From Candidatus Krumholzibacteriia bacterium (GTDB lineage: Bacteria > Krumholzibacteriota > Krumholzibacteriia > WVZY01), in contig JBHHVD010000018.1 in the NCBI GenBank assembly GCA_046754105.1, positions 1-41,384 on the forward strand: 41,384 nucleotides of DNA, read 5' to 3'. A program made the position numbers and the translations under genes. Shown piece by piece: positions 10,813 to 19,784 of this stretch. The stretch's first letter is position 1. Every line of letters begins with the position of its first letter. The notes below the pieces were generated by a model. The model had not been told where the DNA came from. It was given only the letters and a program-made list of their open reading frames with translations, and ran no database searches.

Positions 10813-13800
10813 CGCCCTCCTGCTCCCCGTCACCGTTGGATGCTTTCTGCATAACGAACTCGCGCAGCGACCGCTTGAAGAACTCGGGGTCGCGGCCGTA
10901 GCCGCAAAGCCACAGCAAGCGCTCGGTCAATTTGTCGTGCGACGATTGCCGGGCGGGCGCCGGTTCCGGCACCGCCGCTGCAGGCCGGGGCACGCCGGGC
11001 TCCGCGCCCGCCGCCGGCGCCGGGGCCGCCAGGCGTCGCAGCCGTCTCCATGCGTCCCGCCTTTCTTCCACCACCCGCACCATCCCGGCAGACACCACTG
11101 CCAGGCGGTGGCGGCCTTCCCTGTCGAAGACGTCGATGTACGGCTGCCGGCCTTCGCGCTGCTCCGACTCGATCTCGATATACTCCGCCAGCGGCATCAT
11201 TGCGTCGTTCCGGCGCCCCGTCGACATGATATCGAAATGGCTCTCGAAACGCGCCTCGCGCACCGCCCAGTCGGCCACCGTCAGCGGTACGGTACGCATA
11301 GACGCCGAGCCCGAGGGCCCGTCTCCGGTCCGCTCTACCGTACTCCAGTCTTGCTCCGCCTGCGGGTTTCCGTCCAGCGCGACCGGGCGCTCCTTTGAGT
11401 CGCGCACGAACAGGGGAAAGGCCCTGCTCTGGTAGGCGAGCGCCGCTTGTTCGGCCGACCGTTCGGGAGCGATGCCATGTCGTTGCGGATCCGGCGCGTA
11501 AATGTGAAAGAGTGCGGCGCGCCGGCCGGCGATACCCTCGCTCACGCCGCGGATCAGGTGTCCGGGGTGCCCCACGCTGCCTTGCATGACGAACGCGTCC
11601 CGGTATGCCAGCGCGCGTTCGCCGATCGCGGCCTCGCCGGAGCCGTGTCGGTTGGCGCCCGCGCTTCCCGAGGGCGACGGTCCCTGGTGGACTGGCAGGC
11701 CGTCGGTATCGATGACGGCGATTGCGACCGGATCGGGACGCGACAAGAGCTCGGAAATGTCCTCGAATCTCGTGGTCCCCGCGTGAGCGAGCACCAGTAC
11801 AACCGGCATGAGCTCCCGTTCCTCGGCCGTCATATCGTGCCACCCGAACCGCTCGAGGAACGCTTCATCCGCTTGCGACCAGGAGTCGTCGAGTTCGAGC
11901 TCCGCGCGCCTGCACAACGCCGCTTCCCGCGCGACCCTGTGCGCTACGGCCTCGAACATGCCCTGTGCCAGCGCGGGCGCGTCACCGGGCAGGTGGCACG
12001 CCCAAGGGTGAGCGTGCGGGTTGCTCGGAAAGGTGCCGCTCCACGGGGACGCCGCTGCGGCATCGATGGTCAGGACCATCCTCGCGCGGCCCGCCCCGGC
12101 GGCACCCTCCTGGTAGAGGCGCCGCTGTTCCACGAGCCGGGAGAGAACGTCACTCAGCCGTTTCAGCTGGTCGGAATCGATCTCGTCTCCCTCACCACCC
12201 AGAATGTCCGCGAGCGACTCGGGGTCCGCCCGCCCTAGCCGCCGCAGCCGCCTGCCGAATGCCTCGAAGTCGTTTATGCGTGCCGCACCAGAGACGTGAC
12301 CCTGTATCTTTTTCTCGATACCCTCTATCAGGTGCTGCAAGCGGTCGATGTGGCCCTTGAAGCGGGGCCGCATCACCGACTCCACGGTGCTCGTTACCAG
12401 GTGCACGGCGGTCTTGACACCGTTGCCGGGAAAGGCCCCGTCACCCCCGACCAGCGAGTGATACGCCCCCTTGTCGAGCAGACGGTACACCTCCGTCTGC
12501 GGTTCGTCCGGTGAAATGTGTTCGAGAACGCGTTCGCGCGGCGCGTCCGGCAGTCGCATCAGGAATCGCCAGTTGTCGCGATACGGTTCCAGCTGTTCTG
12601 TCGCGCCCTCCGTCCATTCGAATGCATCCTCCGGGCAGACTTCCACGCACAACCGGCACCCCTTGCAGGAGAGCGGGTTGATTGCGATCGACAATACGGC
12701 GCCGGTGCCTTTCTCCGTCTTGTGCGGCCGTTCGAAGAACGTCTCCGTACGGATCACCGGAAAATGTTCGACGGCGCTTCGCACCCGCCGGAATTCCGCG
12801 GATAGCGCCTCGAGCTTGTCGGCCGGCAGCTCCATTCGCCCGACTAGCCTGGAGAACGCCTCTTCGAGCAGCGGGCCGAGGGACACGTGCCGGCGCAGGT
12901 CATCATCTGCAACCAGACGGTAGGCTTGTTTGGCGAGCTGTCCGCCGACGCGGCGCAGCTGGATCATGGCCTGGCCGCTCCCCTCGCACTCGGCGACGGC
13001 CGTGTCGATGATCGTGGCGACGCTCTGCACCGTTGCCGGTAGCGCAGAGTCCGGGCAATGCGCCCAGCACGAGCCGCATCCCGTACATGCTTCCGCGCGC
13101 AGGCGCGGGATACCCATCCGGTACGGGGCCAGGTCCCGATAGGCACTGCTGCGGGCGGGAATGATGCCGGTCGCCACGTACGGGTCGACCAGGGCACGGC
13201 CGGCCTGCCCGCTGTCGTAGAGGTAACCGACCGAGCGCCAGAATCGCGCGACATCGAACACCGTCCCGTCGCCGACTTCCGTTTCCCGCACCGTCCACGG
13301 CGCGTCCGTCTCTTTCCCCGCGCGGCCCTCGGCAAAAGAAGGGTCGAGCGCGACCGCCTGCTCGCCTCCGCGGATCGCCTTTGCAACGTCATCGATCAAG
13401 AAATGGCCTTCGCCGAAGAGACTTTTCAATCGCATCTGCAGATGTTCGACGACGCGATCGACGTCGGAGCCTGGCAGCCCCAGCAGTGTTTTCAAGTATG
13501 CCCCCATCAGCGCCCACACGGCGAGCTGATCTACGAACGACGGCCGGGACGCCGCGCCCGAGGCGACGCGGCGCGCATCGACGGCGTACGTTCGCAGGCG
13601 CTTATCCCGAATCCAGTCCGCGCATCGCCGTGACAGGTTCACACCGAGCGAATCCGGGCTGCGGTTGGTCTCCACGACCAGCGTGCCCCCGTCCTTGATT
13701 GCCTCCGCCGGCATAAGGTCGAGAAGCCTGTCCCCGGATACGAGGATCGTGTCTACCTCTTCGGGACCAGGCTTGAGAGGGGTATCCGCGTCGGAATGCC

Positions 13801-15421
13801 ACAGCGAAAAGCGCACCGGCTGCAGGTCGGGAGCGAGACCGCCGCTTGGAGACGTTCTCACGCGCCATTTCAGCGCGCTGCCCAGCGCCTGCGAAAACAT
13901 GTTGCCCGCAAACAGTCCCCCCTGCACCGACAACGAGTAGAGCCGAACCGACTTCCCGGCGTGCCGCGGCGCGGGGACTTTTGCCGGCGCCGGCAGCGAG
14001 AGAAATTGCACTCCGGGGTATTCGCGGTGCAGTTTCTGCTGCAGCGTTTGCAGGTGTGGCAGGTCGCGGGTCATCGCGCCGGGGCCGGAGCACAGGTAGA
14101 AGCGATTCCGTCCGGCCCCGCCGGGCCGCATATTCTCGAACACCGAAACCAGTTCGGAAAAAGACGGCGCCTCGTCCCCCAACCCGCACGTGCCGCCGAG
14201 CACCCGGGGGCGGTCCCCGGGGCGTCGATACGATTCGTAGGACGGGTACGGGGCCACATCGGCGCTTGCGTTTTCCACGGCGCGTTCGATCGCGCCGCGG
14301 ACTTCCGCCGCCAGGGGCAGGTCCTCGGCCAGCGCCTGTTCTGTGCGCTCGAGAACGGTCACCGCCTTCTTGCCCCTTAGCATTCGGCTCAGCGCCGCAC
14401 CGGGAAACGGCCGGTACACGTTCACCCCGATCACGCCCACCTTCATCTTTGCATCGGATCGGAGGTAGTCCACGACCGCTTCCAGCGACTCGACGAGCGC
14501 TCCCTGGGCGATCACCACCGCGTCTGCGTCGTCCGCGCGATAGGCAGACAGCGGATGGTAGCAACGGCCGGTCAACAGCCCGTATTCGTCCATCGCCTCT
14601 TCGATTGTGCGATCCAGGTGCTCCGAGAAGAAGACCCGTTGGGCTGCGATGGCCTTGAAATAGCTGTCGCGATCCTGCGCACCACCGACCCCAGCGGGGT
14701 TGTCGCGGTCGACGAGCAGCGGGATACGCCGGCGGCGTTCACCGAAGAGCATCGCCTGCGCGGGCGTCGGTGACGCAATGCGATCGCCGGCCTGCCCGAG
14801 GTAGGCCTGTACCAGGTCGTATCCCGGCACGCGCACGTTTTGTACCGAGTGGCTCGTTTGGTACAAGTCCTGCGCGCAGATTGCGGGCGTCAGCGAGCGC
14901 TCCGCGATGCGGTGCGCGATCACCGCAAAGTCGGCGGCTTGCTGCACGTTTTGCGCGAAAAGCTGGAAAAATCCGGCGGGCGCCGCCGCGTAGTAATCAT
15001 CGTGCCCTCCGTGCAGCGAACCGGCCTGCCGCGACAACGCACGGCAGGTCAGCTGGATGACGCACGGCAGCCGTTTGCCCGCCGTTGCGTAGAGAGCCTC
15101 CGGGCTCTCGTTCAAGCGCGTCGTCACCAGGCAGGTTCGAAATCCCCCCAGCGCGTAACCGGCTATCAAGCCGGCTGCCGGGCGGGCGGGGTTGACCTCA
15201 CGGATCCGTGCCCGTGCCACGGGGCCCGGTTTCTCGTTATCGAGTGGCCGAAGGTCGCGAGACGGGCCCATCATTTCGCTCATTTCCGGGGTGGCGTGGA
15301 TGAGGAGCACATCGCCGGCTGTGGTCTCTACCGCGTAGACGGCTCCGTGCCCGTCCAGCGCGCGCTCCACGCCCGGAAACGGAGACTCCTTCGGCTCCGA
15401 TCTTCGCTTCCTACTCCACAC
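10766..15421 (-). CDS. Large PFOR (NifJ/Por)-like fused 2-oxoacid:acceptor oxidoreductase homolog with degenerate catalytic motifs and two [4Fe-4S] motifs
   Basis: PFOR-like segments HGGHDDY, GFFQLFAQNVQQAAD, YRPFP and SRAFPLF, plus CTGCGSCWAHCP and CKGCRLCVEVCP. YPITP, the TPP-binding GDG and the proximal-cluster cysteines are not found at their expected positions. Confidence 0.85.
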   Translation of the reverse strand: MWSRKRRSEPKESPFPGVERALDGHGAVYAVETTAGDVLLIHATPEMSEMMGPSRDLRPLDNEKPGPVARARIREVNPARPAAGLIAGYALGGFRTCLVTTRLNESPEALYATAGKRLPCVIQLTCRALSRQAGSLHGGHDDYYAAAPAGFFQLFAQNVQQAADFAVIAHRIAERSLTPAICAQDLYQTSHSVQNVRVPGYDLVQAYLGQAGDRIASPTPAQAMLFGERRRRIPLLVDRDNPAGVGGAQDRDSYFKAIAAQRVFFSEHLDRTIEEAMDEYGLLTGRCYHPLSAYRADDADAVVIAQGALVESLEAVVDYLRSDAKMKVGVIGVNVYRPFPGAALSRMLRGKKAVTVLERTEQALAEDLPLAAEVRGAIERAVENASADVAPYPSYESYRRPGDRPRVLGGTCGLGDEAPSFSELVSVFENMRPGGAGRNRFYLCSGPGAMTRDLPHLQTLQQKLHREYPGVQFLSLPAPAKVPAPRHAGKSVRLYSLSVQGGLFAGNMFSQALGSALKWRVRTSPSGGLAPDLQPVRFSLWHSDADTPLKPGPEEVDTILVSGDRLLDLMPAEAIKDGGTLVVETNRSPDSLGVNLSRRCADWIRDKRLRTYAVDARRVASGAASRPSFVDQLAVWALMGAYLKTLLGLPGSDVDRVVEHLQMRLKSLFGEGHFLIDDVAKAIRGGEQAVALDPSFAEGRAGKETDAPWTVRETEVGDGTVFDVARFWRSVGYLYDSGQAGRALVDPYVATGIIPARSSAYRDLAPYRMGIPRLRAEACTGCGSCWAHCPDSALPATVQSVATIIDTAVAECEGSGQAMIQLRRVGGQLAKQAYRLVADDDLRRHVSLGPLLEEAFSRLVGRMELPADKLEALSAEFRRVRSAVEHFPVIRTETFFERPHKTEKGTGAVLSIAINPLSCKGCRLCVEVCPEDAFEWTEGATEQLEPYRDNWRFLMRLPDAPRERVLEHISPDEPQTEVYRLLDKGAYHSLVGGDGAFPGNGVKTAVHLVTSTVESVMRPRFKGHIDRLQHLIEGIEKKIQGHVSGAARINDFEAFGRRLRRLGRADPESLADILGGEGDEIDSDQLKRLSDVLSRLVEQRRLYQEGAAGAGRARMVLTIDAAAASPWSGTFPSNPHAHPWACHLPGDAPALAQGMFEAVAHRVAREAALCRRAELELDDSWSQADEAFLERFGWHDMTAEERELMPVVLVLAHAGTTRFEDISELLSRPDPVAIAVIDTDGLPVHQGPSPSGSAGANRHGSGEAAIGERALAYRDAFVMQGSVGHPGHLIRGVSEGIAGRRAALFHIYAPDPQRHGIAPERSAEQAALAYQSRAFPLFVRDSKERPVALDGNPQAEQDWSTVERTGDGPSGSASMRTVPLTVADWAVREARFESHFDIMSTGRRNDAMMPLAEYIEIESEQREGRQPYIDVFDREGRHRLAVVSAGMVRVVEERRDAWRRLRRLAAPAPAAGAEPGVPRPAAAVPEPAPARQSSHDKLTERLLWLCGYGRDPEFFKRSLREFVMQKASNGDGEQEGDDQEDISPRSSPGES

Positions 15422-16274
15422 GCGTCGTCACCTGTCCCTGCGAGGCCGTGTTTCGCGCCCCTGAATGCTCGAACTGCCCGTGTTCGACCCACACGATGGC
15501 GCCGGTCGGGCAGCGCACGATGGCATCCGGGGTCTGCAGATCGAGCAGGCCGCCGCTTACCGCCGGCAAGTTCCGTTTCATCTTCAGCAGGCCCGCGGGC
15601 GCATCCGCCACGCACTTGCCGCAGGCCGTGCACCCGACCTTGCACAGGTCGAGCATTTCGTCACCTTCCAACTCCGACTTGCACTGCACGAGAAGTTTCT
15701 GGCGCACGGGTAGAATTTCGAACAGGTTCTTGGGACATATTTTGACGCAGTCCCCGCACGACGTACAATTCTCTACGTCTACAATGGGCAGCCCGGTGGA
15801 GCTCATGACGATGGCGTCGAAATCACACACATCCTCGCAGTCGCCGAACCCCAGGCATCCGTAACGACACCCTTTGCCGCCACCGGTGACTGCCGCCGCG
15901 GAGCGGCACGACCGGTGTCCCTCGTATTCCACCATCTGGATCGCTACGTCGCTGCCGCCGGCGCAAAGCAGGCGTGCGGTCGTTTCCTCGATTTCTCCCG
16001 CCTCGACACCAAGGTAGTCGGCCACTCCCGCCGCCGTCTCCGGACCGCCTACGGTGCAGCCACTGGGTTGCACCTCGCCTGCGACGGTCTTTTCGGCAAA
16101 GGCGCGGCAGCCGGGAAACCCGCAGGCCCCGCAGTTCGAGCCCGGGAGCATGTCCGCGACCCGATCGATGCGCGGGTCCTCGAACACGCGTAGCCGCACG
16201 TGGGCAATCGCGAGCACGACGGCCAGCACACTCGCCAGGGCCAGCAAGAAACCAATGGCGCTGAGTGTTTCCAT
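15411..16274 (-). CDS. rnfB: Rnf complex subunit B
   Basis: N-terminal TM helix, LPGSNCGACGFPGC, GCLGFGDCEDVC, CTSCGDCVKICP and GCTACGKC. Confidence 0.94.
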   Translation of the reverse strand: METLSAIGFLLALASVLAVVLAIAHVRLRVFEDPRIDRVADMLPGSNCGACGFPGCRAFAEKTVAGEVQPSGCTVGGPETAAGVADYLGVEAGEIEETTARLLCAGGSDVAIQMVEYEGHRSCRSAAAVTGGGKGCRYGCLGFGDCEDVCDFDAIVMSSTGLPIVDVENCTSCGDCVKICPKNLFEILPVRQKLLVQCKSELEGDEMLDLCKVGCTACGKCVADAPAGLLKMKRNLPAVSGGLLDLQTPDAIVRCPTGAIVWVEHGQFEHSGARNTASQGQVTTRVE

Positions 16275-16284
16275 GCGCGGTCCT

Positions 16285-18804
16285 CTATAGATAGGGCGCG
16301 GCCCGTTTCAACAAGTCGTCCAGTCCGGGCTCATCCGGATTCTTCGGCTTGCCTGGATGGATGATCTTCACCGGGCATTTTTCCGCTGCGACGACGAGGT
16401 CGCGATAGGGACCGGCAGCGGGGTCCTTTATGTACGCCTGCTTGTTGTCGTCGTATGCGAACATCCGGCCGTTGAGATTGGTGCAGTCATTGCACGTCGT
16501 GCAGAGGGGGGTATCTATGTACGGGTCGTCGAACGAGACGGTTTCTTCTTCCGCTTCCTCGGTCGTTTCGGTCCCGGAATCCGCCGGTGCATCCGGTGGC
16601 GCCGGTGCATCCGGTGGCGCGTCCGCCGCTGGAGCGCGCGCGTCCGCGCGGAAGACCGTCCCGGCGTTGTTTGCTCCTTCGGCCAGCAGCTGTGCGGCGA
16701 TCTTGCTTACGATCTCGCGGGTCAGCCCTTCCAGGTCCCGTTCCAGATCGGCGCGGTATCTTTCCTCTATTGCCTCGACTTCGCGCTGTTTGTCCGCTTC
16801 GAGCCGCTGCTTTTCTTCCAGCAACGCGCGGGCCGCGAACGAATTGTGTATGCCGCCGAGTTCCTGCAGGTTGCGCCAGAACGACGCCGTCCGCACCGTA
16901 GAAAGCAGCACCGCCCGCGTGATGACGGCCCTCCCCAAGCGCCCGTCGCCGTCCACCGTCGTCAGATAAGGCACCTTGCCGCATGCCGCCTCGGGGTCGA
17001 GCTCGAGGTATTCGCCGAGCGGCACCATGTCGGGATGCCACTTCGAGGGAGGGGCGTGCCAGAAATGGCGCGCGAGCCGCACATCGGCCAGCAGAACGTC
17101 CGCCACCGTCATCGGCAGCCGGGTCGTGATTTCCTCACCGGCCGCGCTCCGGTACACGAGGGACTCGGTCGGCCAATCGCGATCGGGCTGCGGATTGGCG
17201 CACACATCGATACGCTCCGCCCACGTGTCCCCGCCAGCCGGATTGAACTCGAGCGCCGGGAAGGCTCTTGCCTCCAGAGCCGCCGCGGCACTGAGGTAGA
17301 CGGGCAGGCCGGGCTGGTGTTCCGGCGTGCCCGTGTAGACGCTGAAAAGGGCGGGGCCCTGGAAGCGAAATCCTTCGAGAAAGCCGTCGCCCAGCAGCGA
17401 AAGTTGCGACACGGGCGCCTGTAGCACGTACACGCCTCCCGTTGCCACGGCCACACTCGCCAGGCGACACGCCCATGCCGCCGCTACGGGCGGATCCTCC
17501 AGGTCTCCGGCGCGGCACAGGTCCTCCACCCTGGCAAGGACCTTTATCGGCAGACCCTCGGCAAGGATATCGAGCAGCGTCCGGATGCCCGCCGCGTCGA
17601 AGAATTCGCCGTCGAGCGTCACGATTACCGGTGGACACAACGACAGTTCATCGTCGCTCAAGTGCGTAGCATCGAACCGGGCGAAGAAGCGATCGTGCGC
17701 GTCCCGGTAGCGGTTCTCGACCTCCAGCCGCGCGATACGGACCGCGCGGAAGAATCCTGTCATGGCGCGCATGCGCTCGCGGTAGATTTCCAGCGCCACG
17801 GCACAGTCGTTCCGGACTGGTGATAGATCGAAAGGCAGTCCCTCCGCGCTTCCCGGCTTCACGGCGAACAACGGTTTGAACTCGAGGATGGTGGCGAGTG
17901 CTTCTCGAATGCGCTCGCGGCGCGTCTCGGGCAACGGCTCGCCGAGCTTGCTCTCGCCCAGGATCTCGGAGAGCGCCTCCACGTCGACGTCGTCTTGCGC
18001 GCCGTCGCTTACCGAGGCGCGCAGGTGGTCGGGCCGGCGCGCGGCCGGTGACCGGTTGAAATCCGCCTGCAGAATGTCCTGCAAATACTGGCCGAGCGCT
18101 TCGAGTTCCTCGCGCCAGCCGTCGCAGACGCCTTTCCAGTGGAAGTCGCCTGCCGCGGCCAGGAGCCGCTCGGGCGTTTGTGTACCGCAGGTGATCATCT
18201 CACCATCGAGCCGTAGCGCCTGCCGCGCCGCCGCCAGGTTCTCCCGCAGGCGCTTCTCCTTATCGTCGTCGAGGTCCGAAGATGACAACAACTCGCCGGC
18301 GGCGCGTTCCCATAGTTCCTTCAGGCTCGCTCCGCTCCCCTCGTCGGCCAGCAGTTTCATCACCGTTTCCAGCCGGTGCAGGTGTCTCGCCAGCCGCGCG
18401 CCCTCGTCGTCTTCGCCTGCGACTTCGCGGATCAGATCGTCGATGATGGCGGAGAGCGGCTTGACCGCAGCTTCCAACTCACCGTCGACCAGGCACGCCG
18501 GGTAGTCATAGCGGACGTGGGTGAGGTCCCTGTGGAGATACAGAAGGGCGGGCAGCGAACCGGCTGCCGGGGGACGCACGGCGTGCGGCGCCCGGTGCCC
18601 GTACACGTGAAACTCCATCAACTCGACCAGGGTACCTGCGGCGTCGTACGCTTCCGACTCGGAACCGCCCGACTCCCACGGGCGGGCCGGCTCCACCGGC
18701 AGGTCCACGACCGCCGGTGCGGGGCCCTCGCTCCCCGGGAAAACCGATTTCCGGCTCCCCACGTCGTTACCGTCAGCGGACTCCGGGTCCCTCACCGTTT
18801 CCAC
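16285..18804 (-). CDS. ~839-aa protein with a degenerate PFOR TPP-domain-like region, coiled coil and C-terminal ferredoxin domain
   Basis: GTG 18804 follows GAGGAGG. VYVLQ...GPALFSVY...ARAFP parallels the C-terminus of the 1551-aa paralog. The C-terminus has CTTCNDC...AAEKCP. Confidence 0.8.
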   Translation of the reverse strand: METVRDPESADGNDVGSRKSVFPGSEGPAPAVVDLPVEPARPWESGGSESEAYDAAGTLVELMEFHVYGHRAPHAVRPPAAGSLPALLYLHRDLTHVRYDYPACLVDGELEAAVKPLSAIIDDLIREVAGEDDEGARLARHLHRLETVMKLLADEGSGASLKELWERAAGELLSSSDLDDDKEKRLRENLAAARQALRLDGEMITCGTQTPERLLAAAGDFHWKGVCDGWREELEALGQYLQDILQADFNRSPAARRPDHLRASVSDGAQDDVDVEALSEILGESKLGEPLPETRRERIREALATILEFKPLFAVKPGSAEGLPFDLSPVRNDCAVALEIYRERMRAMTGFFRAVRIARLEVENRYRDAHDRFFARFDATHLSDDELSLCPPVIVTLDGEFFDAAGIRTLLDILAEGLPIKVLARVEDLCRAGDLEDPPVAAAWACRLASVAVATGGVYVLQAPVSQLSLLGDGFLEGFRFQGPALFSVYTGTPEHQPGLPVYLSAAAALEARAFPALEFNPAGGDTWAERIDVCANPQPDRDWPTESLVYRSAAGEEITTRLPMTVADVLLADVRLARHFWHAPPSKWHPDMVPLGEYLELDPEAACGKVPYLTTVDGDGRLGRAVITRAVLLSTVRTASFWRNLQELGGIHNSFAARALLEEKQRLEADKQREVEAIEERYRADLERDLEGLTREIVSKIAAQLLAEGANNAGTVFRADARAPAADAPPDAPAPPDAPADSGTETTEEAEEETVSFDDPYIDTPLCTTCNDCTNLNGRMFAYDDNKQAYIKDPAAGPYRDLVVAAEKCPVKIIHPGKPKNPDEPGLDDLLKRAAPYL
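16582..16620. repeat. 18-bp tandem repeat, two copies, encoding an Ala/Pro linker
   Basis: CGCCGGTGCATCCGGTGG occurs twice, giving PPDAPA x2 before the ferredoxin domain. Confidence 0.85.
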
Positions 18805-19780
18805 CGTTACCCTCCTCGGAAGTTGTTGGAAATATACCGAACCGGTCAAACGCCTGTTCGAGAACCGTCTGCCGCTGGTCGACGCTCGTCGCGTGCCGCG
18901 CCCGCCGTATGTTCTCGTAGCGCTCGACCGTCTCGTTGCGGTAGAGAATCCCGACCGGAACCTTGTCCTGCAGGTCCGCGACCTCGCGCGCACGGTTCAG
19001 GTCCGAGGGATCGTGCTCTTCCTGCGTCTTGTAGATACGAGACATGGCATCGCTCACCCGCATCCCCTCCGCGTGCCGCAGCAGGAGCACGTTCTCGGGG
19101 TTGGACAGCAGGCTCTTGAAGATGTCGGGCATGAAGTGCGGGCACCTCTGAAGGATCCTGATAAAGGAGAACCCCTTGTGGTGGAACGCCTGGCTGATGA
19201 CGTCGTACAAAAGCTCCGGCATCCACTCGCACACCTGTGCCACGAACGACGCGTTGGCTACGCCGAGTGTTACGCTCAGGGGATTGATGGCGCCGAGGTG
19301 CGAACCGTAGGGCGTCGTGTTCGTCTTCCACCCCTGCGGTGTCGTCGGCGAGGCCTGCTTCTTCGTCAAGCCGTAGATACTGTTGTCGTGCAGCATGGCC
19401 ACCATATCCATGTTCATGCGTACGGCATGGATCCAGTGGGCGGTGCCGATACTGCAGCAATCTCCGTCCCCCATGTTCACGAATACGTTGAGATCCGGCC
19501 GGCGGATCTTGACACCCTGCGCCGTCGGCAGCGCGCGGCCGTGCAGGCCGTGGAAGCCGTAAGTATTCATGTAGTGCGGAAATCGCGCCGCACAACCGAT
19601 GCCGGAGACAAACACCGTCCTCTCCGGAGGCAGCTGCTCATCTCGGCACAGCTTCTGTGTCGCCGTCAGGATTCCGTTGTCCCCGCAGCCGGGGCACCAC
19701 CGGGACATTCCCCCCTCGTAATCCTCGAGCGTCTTGTACTCCTCGTCTTGCAAGATGCATTGGTTCTTCAGGCCGAACAT
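18773..19780 (-). CDS. korB: 2-oxoacid:ferredoxin oxidoreductase beta subunit (substrate not established)
   Basis: WCPGCGD, SGIGC, LHGRALP, GDGD...HDNSIYGLTKKQASPT and QRCP are all intact. Confidence 0.9.
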   Translation of the reverse strand: MFGLKNQCILQDEEYKTLEDYEGGMSRWCPGCGDNGILTATQKLCRDEQLPPERTVFVSGIGCAARFPHYMNTYGFHGLHGRALPTAQGVKIRRPDLNVFVNMGDGDCCSIGTAHWIHAVRMNMDMVAMLHDNSIYGLTKKQASPTTPQGWKTNTTPYGSHLGAINPLSVTLGVANASFVAQVCEWMPELLYDVISQAFHHKGFSFIRILQRCPHFMPDIFKSLLSNPENVLLLRHAEGMRVSDAMSRIYKTQEEHDPSDLNRAREVADLQDKVPVGILYRNETVERYENIRRARHATSVDQRQTVLEQAFDRFGIFPTTSEEGNGGNGEGPGVR

Positions 19781-19784
19781 TTTC

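Noticed and set aside
10766..15421. Calling this gene nifJ/por (active pyruvate:ferredoxin oxidoreductase)
   Set aside because: The substrate, TPP and proximal-cluster motifs are not recognisable, so no gene symbol was assigned.
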